Virus record (IMG/VR): IMGVR_UViG_3300043422_000050
Span: 1-29,838 of that record
DNA from: a virus
Taxonomy: Duplodnaviria > Caudoviricetes
Length of the DNA: 29,838 nucleotides
Strand: one strand, 5' to 3'
The position numbers and the translations under genes are program-made. The first letter of the stretch is position 1. Every line of letters starts with the position of its first letter. Of the stretch, positions 24,790 to 29,838 are shown piece by piece. Under the pieces are notes generated by a model, which saw nothing but the letters and a program-made list of their open reading frames with translations, did no database searches and was not told the DNA's origin.

Positions 24790-26759
24790 TGGGATGGGCA
24801 AGAAAACAACTGCGGCGATTTGACAGAGCCGTTATTCGGCCGATCGGCAACACGATTGAGGCGATTATTGAGGACCCCAAGAAGCTTGCAATGGTGGCGC
24901 TATCCGTCATGGCCCCCGGTGCGGGCACTGCCTTGGGCACGGCCATGGGCCTTTCCGGGACCGCTGCCACCCTAGTCGGTCAGGCAGCTATTAACACGGC
25001 GCTTAACGGGGGCGATGTTAAAGCTGCGGTTATCGCTGCGGCCATCCCTGTAGTTGGGAAAGAGTTGGCCGGGGCCGCTGCGCAATCGTTTGTTGACGCT
25101 GGCATGGATAAAGCGCTGGCCGATTCCGCTGGGAAAGTTGTGTCTGGCGCTGGCCTTGCTGCCGCACAAGGTAAAGACCCGTTGCAGGCTCTGGTTGATG
25201 GCGGCCTGTCGGCCGGAACTGCGGCCATTACGCGGGACATTCCCGGGTTTGCGGATCTTCCACCCGCCGCTCAGCGCGCTGTAAATTCCGCGGTTGCAGC
25301 AGAGCTAACGGGAAGAGACCCTTCTCAGGCGGCCATTAACTCCGCCATTCAAACAGGCCTCAATACACTTAAAGACCAAATCACAGTCGACGTTGACGAA
25401 GCCCGCGGGATTATGCAGGCTCTCGGGTACCAAAATCCAACCGACGAGGAGGCTCAGCAGTTTGCCGGTCAAATGTCGGAAGAGGCATCCAAGGCTTCCG
25501 CGCAAGACTACATCGGCCAGCACTCCGTGACCGAGGATGAGGCTCGCCAGTACCTGACTAGCTTGGGATATACCCCAACAGACGACGAGGTCGCGCAGTT
25601 CGCCAAACAAGGCGCCGACGTTTTGCAAAGCGACATTGAGTCGCAGCTCGGAGAGTACGCCAGCACCCGTACGATTGACCGCGACGAGGCGGAAAAGTTC
25701 TTCCAAGACCTTGGCTATACGCCGAGCGAAGACGAGCTGCAGCAGTTCATGCGCCAAGGCGCTGACGTCACTTCCGAAGGCGTCCTCGACGAGCTGGGCC
25801 AGTACGTTGACCAAAACCAGATCACTGAAGAAGAAGCTCGGGGCATCTACGAGCAACTCGGCCTGAAGAACCCCACCCAAGACGACATTAACGCCTTAAT
25901 GGGCCAGTACGCAGAAGACGAGCTGGGTACCCGCGCCGAGGAGAATCTGGACACCGCCCGGTATAACTCGCTCTACGAACAGCTGCAAGAGATGGAGGGC
26001 GGCAACGATGCGGATATGCTCGAACAGCTGGGCATGACCGAGGACGAACTGAAAGCGCAAATTGACGCCCAAGGGGAAGATTTCACAGAGCAGCTCGGCG
26101 GCGTCCAAGACGACGTGGCTAACTTGGCGGACGAGCTGGGCACGACCAAAGATGACTTGCTTGAACAGCTGGGCATGACCGAGGCTGAGCTGGCTGCACA
26201 GATCGAAGCACAAGGCGCTGAGTTTGGCGCGCAACTGGGCGGCGTTCAGGATAGCGTTTCGGATTTGGCCGATGAGCTCGGTACCACCAAAGACGATATG
26301 CTGGAGCAGCTAGGCTACACAGAGGACGAGCTGCGAGCCCTTATTGGGGACCAAGGCGAAGAGCTGGGTACCAAAATTGAGCAACAGGGCGTTAACTTTG
26401 GGAATTTGTTCAAGCAGTTCCAGACAAACGCGCAGAAGCAGGCTGCCGCGCAAGCCACCGCCCAGAAGCAAGCGCAAGTGCAGACCGCGGCCGAGCTCGC
26501 CAAGCAAGCTGCAGCCCAACAGCAAGCGCAAGAAGCCGCCACTGTGCAGGCCCAGAACCAAGCCGGGCGCCAAGACTTGATGAACATGCTTATGATGGCG
26601 CAATCGGGCGGTCAGCAAGCAGCACAGCAGCCTGTTCAAGTTGCCCCTGCCGAAGTAAAATCCTTTGAAGAGCTGGGATTTGGCGACCTATTTGGGTCAG
26701 AACTGCAATTTGCCGATGGCGGCAGCGTGCAAGACCTTATCAAAATTTTGAGAGGCTGA
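24789..26759 (+). CDS. putative internal virion (ejection) protein with two repeat arrays
   Basis: G/A-rich hydrophobic N-terminus, acidic repeats, Q/A-rich coiled coil, C-terminal FADGGSV; located after the tail genes. Confidence 0.6.
   Translation: MGWARKQLRRFDRAVIRPIGNTIEAIIEDPKKLAMVALSVMAPGAGTALGTAMGLSGTAATLVGQAAINTALNGGDVKAAVIAAAIPVVGKELAGAAAQSFVDAGMDKALADSAGKVVSGAGLAAAQGKDPLQALVDGGLSAGTAAITRDIPGFADLPPAAQRAVNSAVAAELTGRDPSQAAINSAIQTGLNTLKDQITVDVDEARGIMQALGYQNPTDEEAQQFAGQMSEEASKASAQDYIGQHSVTEDEARQYLTSLGYTPTDDEVAQFAKQGADVLQSDIESQLGEYASTRTIDRDEAEKFFQDLGYTPSEDELQQFMRQGADVTSEGVLDELGQYVDQNQITEEEARGIYEQLGLKNPTQDDINALMGQYAEDELGTRAEENLDTARYNSLYEQLQEMEGGNDADMLEQLGMTEDELKAQIDAQGEDFTEQLGGVQDDVANLADELGTTKDDLLEQLGMTEAELAAQIEAQGAEFGAQLGGVQDSVSDLADELGTTKDDMLEQLGYTEDELRALIGDQGEELGTKIEQQGVNFGNLFKQFQTNAQKQAAAQATAQKQAQVQTAAELAKQAAAQQQAQEAATVQAQNQAGRQDLMNMLMMAQSGGQQAAQQPVQVAPAEVKSFEELGFGDLFGSELQFADGGSVQDLIKILRG
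25386..25920 (+). repeat. four 47-49-aa repeats (VTEDEARQYLTSLGYTPTDDEVAQF type)
   Basis: Units start at 25386, 25527, 25674 and 25821. Confidence 0.8.
26013..26400 (+). repeat. about 2.7 copies of a 141-nt (47-aa) repeat (DMLEQLGMTEDEL...LADELGTTKD)
   Basis: Units start at 26013, 26154 and 26295; the first two share GAACAGCTGGGCATGACCGAGG. Confidence 0.85.
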
Positions 26760-26760
26760 T

Positions 26761-28533
26761 ATGGACGAATTTGATTGGGATGCGTGGGACGCTGCCGCTA
26801 ACGATTACATGAGCACCGGCGGGGAAGAGCTCCCTGATTGGATGAACACCACTAACTCCGGTGAGCCGCCACCGCAATGGGATGAGGCCTCCGCGCAATA
26901 CACCCAGACTTTCGACGATGGCAGCACAATTATCACGGACAAAGATGGAAACGTGATCGGCTCTACCCCGGCTACTGACCAAATCAACGACACGGGCTCC
27001 GAAATTTTGAACTCCGCTGGCGCAGGCATGGGCGGTACTTCGGGGGGCACGTCTGCGCCCAGCGCTACTGACAAATTACTGTCTGGGCTAAAAGGTCTGG
27101 TTTCGACCAATGGCGCCGTTGATTACACAAAGTTGGCCCCTATGCTGGCAGGGCTGTACGGCGCCACAAAGTCGAACAACCAAACACACCCCGCTGGCTA
27201 TCAAGGGACGATTCCCAAGTACACGGCGACTCGTCAGGCTCCCGGCCCCGGCCAAAAGCTCAGCGGCAATGTGCTGTTCCAAAACGCAGCTGGCCAGACA
27301 ATCAACCCAAACAGCGCCGCTCCTGCGACAGCCGCGATGGCAAAGGGTGGTGCCCTGCAGTCCGGCGGGTTTGTGATCCCTGCTGATGTCGTGTCTCATC
27401 TGGGCAACGGCAGCAGCGAAGCTGGTCTGAAATTACTGTCGCAACGCTACGGCGCCACACCCATCAAGGGCAAAGGCGACGGCATGAGCGATTCCATTAA
27501 AACCACCATCGACGGGCGTCAACCTGCCCGCGTGGCCAACGAGGAGGCTCGTTTGACTAAAGCACAAGTTCAGGCTGCCGGCGGCGCACAAAAGCTGTAC
27601 GACATGATGGCCAAAATCCGCAAAGCTCGCACCGGTTCGACTGAACAGGGCAAGCAAATCAACCCAAGCAAGTTCATGCCCGGCGGCTCTGTCCCCGGCT
27701 ACGCTACGGGCGGCACCACAACCATCCCTGCTGGCACCACGGGCACCGAGTCCAGCTTGTCCAACTGGGCTGGCGACTACGTCACCAACATGCTCGGCAA
27801 GGGGCAAGCCCTGTCGGAAATGCCCTACGAACAGTACGGCGGCCCCCTGACGGCTGGCCCATCGGCACTGCAGGCAAAAACCTTCTCTGGCTTAGAAAGC
27901 ACAGCGTTTCCGACCAACCTCGGCGCGACTTTCAGCTCGTCCACAGCCCCTACGATCGGTGAAGGCGGTCAGCCTGCCGGCGGTGGTGGCATTGCCTCCT
28001 CGTACATGAACCCGTACCTGTCGGCCGTGCTCAATCCCCAGCTGGAAGAGCAGCGTCGTCAAGCGCAGATCAACAACCTCTCGGGTCTGGGCAGCTTCAC
28101 CAAGTCCGGCGCTTTTGGTGGTGGTCGTCAGGCCATCATGGAATCCGAGAACGCCCGCAACCTTGGCCAAGAGCAAAACAAGACGATCGCAAACGCCTAC
28201 GCCAATGCGTACGACAAGGGCCTGCAGCAGTTCAACACCGAGCAGCAGCAAGCCAAAACTCTGGTTGACCTGTTGGCCCAACAAGGCGGCACTCAGCGCG
28301 GTCTTGAGTCCGAGGCCATTAAAGCCCAGCGCGACCAGTTCGAGGAGGCCCGCCTCAACCCGTATAAGATGGTGCAATTCCAGCAGTCATTGCTCAGTGG
28401 TTTGCCGTTGGCGGCTCAAACCTACAACCAAGCGCCAACCGACAACCTGACGCAGTTCTCTAACGCTGCAGCGACTGTGGATAAGTTGCTACAGACTCTC
28501 GGTCAAAAACCTGCCACTACGCCAGTCAAATAA
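26761..28533 (+). CDS. putative internal virion (ejection) protein, multi-module
   Basis: G/T/A/Q-rich; YMNPYLSAV...GAFGGGRQAIMESE segment of the type seen in podovirus DNA-transfer proteins; central GFVIPADVV / GDGMSDSI domain. Confidence 0.6.
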   Translation: MDEFDWDAWDAAANDYMSTGGEELPDWMNTTNSGEPPPQWDEASAQYTQTFDDGSTIITDKDGNVIGSTPATDQINDTGSEILNSAGAGMGGTSGGTSAPSATDKLLSGLKGLVSTNGAVDYTKLAPMLAGLYGATKSNNQTHPAGYQGTIPKYTATRQAPGPGQKLSGNVLFQNAAGQTINPNSAAPATAAMAKGGALQSGGFVIPADVVSHLGNGSSEAGLKLLSQRYGATPIKGKGDGMSDSIKTTIDGRQPARVANEEARLTKAQVQAAGGAQKLYDMMAKIRKARTGSTEQGKQINPSKFMPGGSVPGYATGGTTTIPAGTTGTESSLSNWAGDYVTNMLGKGQALSEMPYEQYGGPLTAGPSALQAKTFSGLESTAFPTNLGATFSSSTAPTIGEGGQPAGGGGIASSYMNPYLSAVLNPQLEEQRRQAQINNLSGLGSFTKSGAFGGGRQAIMESENARNLGQEQNKTIANAYANAYDKGLQQFNTEQQQAKTLVDLLAQQGGTQRGLESEAIKAQRDQFEEARLNPYKMVQFQQSLLSGLPLAAQTYNQAPTDNLTQFSNAAATVDKLLQTLGQKPATTPVK

Positions 28534-28542
28534 GGACGCATC

Positions 28543-29838
28543 ATGCAACAACCCAGCGCCCAAGGCATCGCATCGCTATACACGGGCAACCCCGTAGCAC
28601 TGCAGCAACGCATCCAGCAGGAGCAAAAAGCCAAACCCGGCATGCCGCCGGACCTGCAGAAGATGCTTGCTTTGCAGATCGTGACCAACGTAGACGACGC
28701 TTTCGAGAAGCAAAAAGCCATGGACCAGCTTCAGCAAATGAGCGGCCCGCAGGGCGAGCCCCCCACCGTGTTGGAAACCTTGCAGCAACAGGCTGCGCAA
28801 AAGATGCAGGCTGCGCCACAAGCTCAGCCACAAGCTCAGGCAGCGGGTATCGACCAGCTTCCAGCCGAGTTTGAAATGGCGGGTGGCGGCATTGTTGCAT
28901 TCAATGGGGAGGATCGCAGCGACGTACCCAAGTACCGCACCCGGTACGATGCGATGAACGACGAGAACCGCGAACGCGAGGAAGCCGAGCGTGCCGAGCG
29001 TGAGGAGCGTGTCCGGGAGAACAATGGCTCCACAATGCCATACGGTGAGCAGATGTCTCGGCTGGGTAGCTCTCTGTCCGGCGGCATTGCAAATGCCTTG
29101 AAAACACTGGTTAGCGCCCCCGGGTACGGTTTGAGCAGAGACGAAGCTCCGGCTCCAGCAACTGCGGCCGGCGCAGGGCGCGGCATTGTGAACCCCCCCG
29201 CTGCCGATGCGTCGGCTCCAGCTCCTGTGGCGCCACCCCGCGCCCCTGTTCGCGATCTCCAGCAGCTGGCTACCCAAAAAGCCGCACCTGCCGCTACCCC
29301 TGCAGTCGCTCCGGCTGGCAGCACGCAAGCTGCCTACGACGACTACCTCAAGCGCACGCTAACTGCAAAACGCGACGACGAGCGCGCCGCGGAAGAAGGC
29401 CGATTTGAGAGGGCCGTAGGCCGTGCGGATACTACCCAGATCGACCGCTTGATGGATGAGATGGAAAAACGCAAGCAGGCGCTGGCCCCCAAGCAAGGCT
29501 ACGCTGGCCTGATGGAATACCTCGGCGAGATCAGCCGTTCGGGTTCTCGCGGCCGCGGCTCATTTGCCGCTGGCGCCGCTGGCGCTGCTCGCCTTGACGA
29601 TCTGAACAAAGAGCGCGCCACCCAGCAGTTTGAGCTCACCAAGCAGGGTGTGGAGCTGGCTCAGAAGAAGCTGGATATGGACCGCTCGTTCAAGCTGGAC
29701 AAGTACAAGACGGGTCAGGAAGGCGCCAAGCGCATCGACGACGCCGCCAAAGAAGCCGCCAAAGAGTTTGGCTTGGACGCTCGCAACGAGAAAACCTTGG
29801 CCAACCAGATCAAGGTCCAACTGCTGCAGAACCAAGGC
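28543..29838 (+). CDS. putative internal virion protein, partial (MQQPSAQGIASLY...), runs off the right edge; not in the ORF track
   Basis: SD TAAGGA, ATG 28543, frame appears open to the window end (432 codons); Q/A/P-rich with MAGGGIVAF. Confidence 0.8.
   Translation, partial: MQQPSAQGIASLYTGNPVALQQRIQQEQKAKPGMPPDLQKMLALQIVTNVDDAFEKQKAMDQLQQMSGPQGEPPTVLETLQQQAAQKMQAAPQAQPQAQAAGIDQLPAEFEMAGGGIVAFNGEDRSDVPKYRTRYDAMNDENREREEAERAEREERVRENNGSTMPYGEQMSRLGSSLSGGIANALKTLVSAPGYGLSRDEAPAPATAAGAGRGIVNPPAADASAPAPVAPPRAPVRDLQQLATQKAAPAATPAVAPAGSTQAAYDDYLKRTLTAKRDDERAAEEGRFERAVGRADTTQIDRLMDEMEKRKQALAPKQGYAGLMEYLGEISRSGSRGRGSFAAGAAGAARLDDLNKERATQQFELTKQGVELAQKKLDMDRSFKLDKYKTGQEGAKRIDDAAKEAAKEFGLDARNEKTLANQIKVQLLQNQG

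Noticed and set aside
24789-26759. Siphovirus tape measure protein
   Set aside because: No tail tube or frameshifted chaperone pair upstream; context of nozzle-like gene and successive Q/G/A-rich proteins fits ejection proteins better, though not excluded
1-29838. Integrase, defence system, auxiliary metabolic genes or a firm host assignment
   Set aside because: None recognisable in the window; sigma70-like promoters and AGGAG SD sequences only indicate a bacterial host, and prophage versus free phage cannot be decided

Overview
This window is the packaging and virion-morphogenesis arm of a tailed dsDNA phage, probably with podovirus-like architecture: no tape measure, sheath or major tail tube is recognisable, and it ends in large ejection-type proteins. 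37 complete genes and one partial gene run on the + strand from 449 to the right edge. In order: putative TerS, TerL, portal, GroES-like co-chaperonin, scaffold, capsid-associated proteins, major capsid protein, a cluster of small very basic proteins, head-tail connectors, a fibre/receptor-binding module, a holin plus GH108 endolysin cassette, a tail nozzle-like protein and internal virion proteins. A divergent gene with a near-consensus sigma70 promoter starts at the left edge. The three most notable observations are: (1) a compact candidate double-pseudoknot RNA between the capsid terminator and the next ribosome-binding site; (2) a short [FYML]-x-x-G-G motif that recurs about a dozen times in the portal tail, the small basic proteins and the ejection proteins, often at module junctions, suggesting a shared capsid-loading or processing tag; (3) a second shared motif that links the small basic proteins into a family. 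Product calls come from motif recognition and gene order only; no searches were run.
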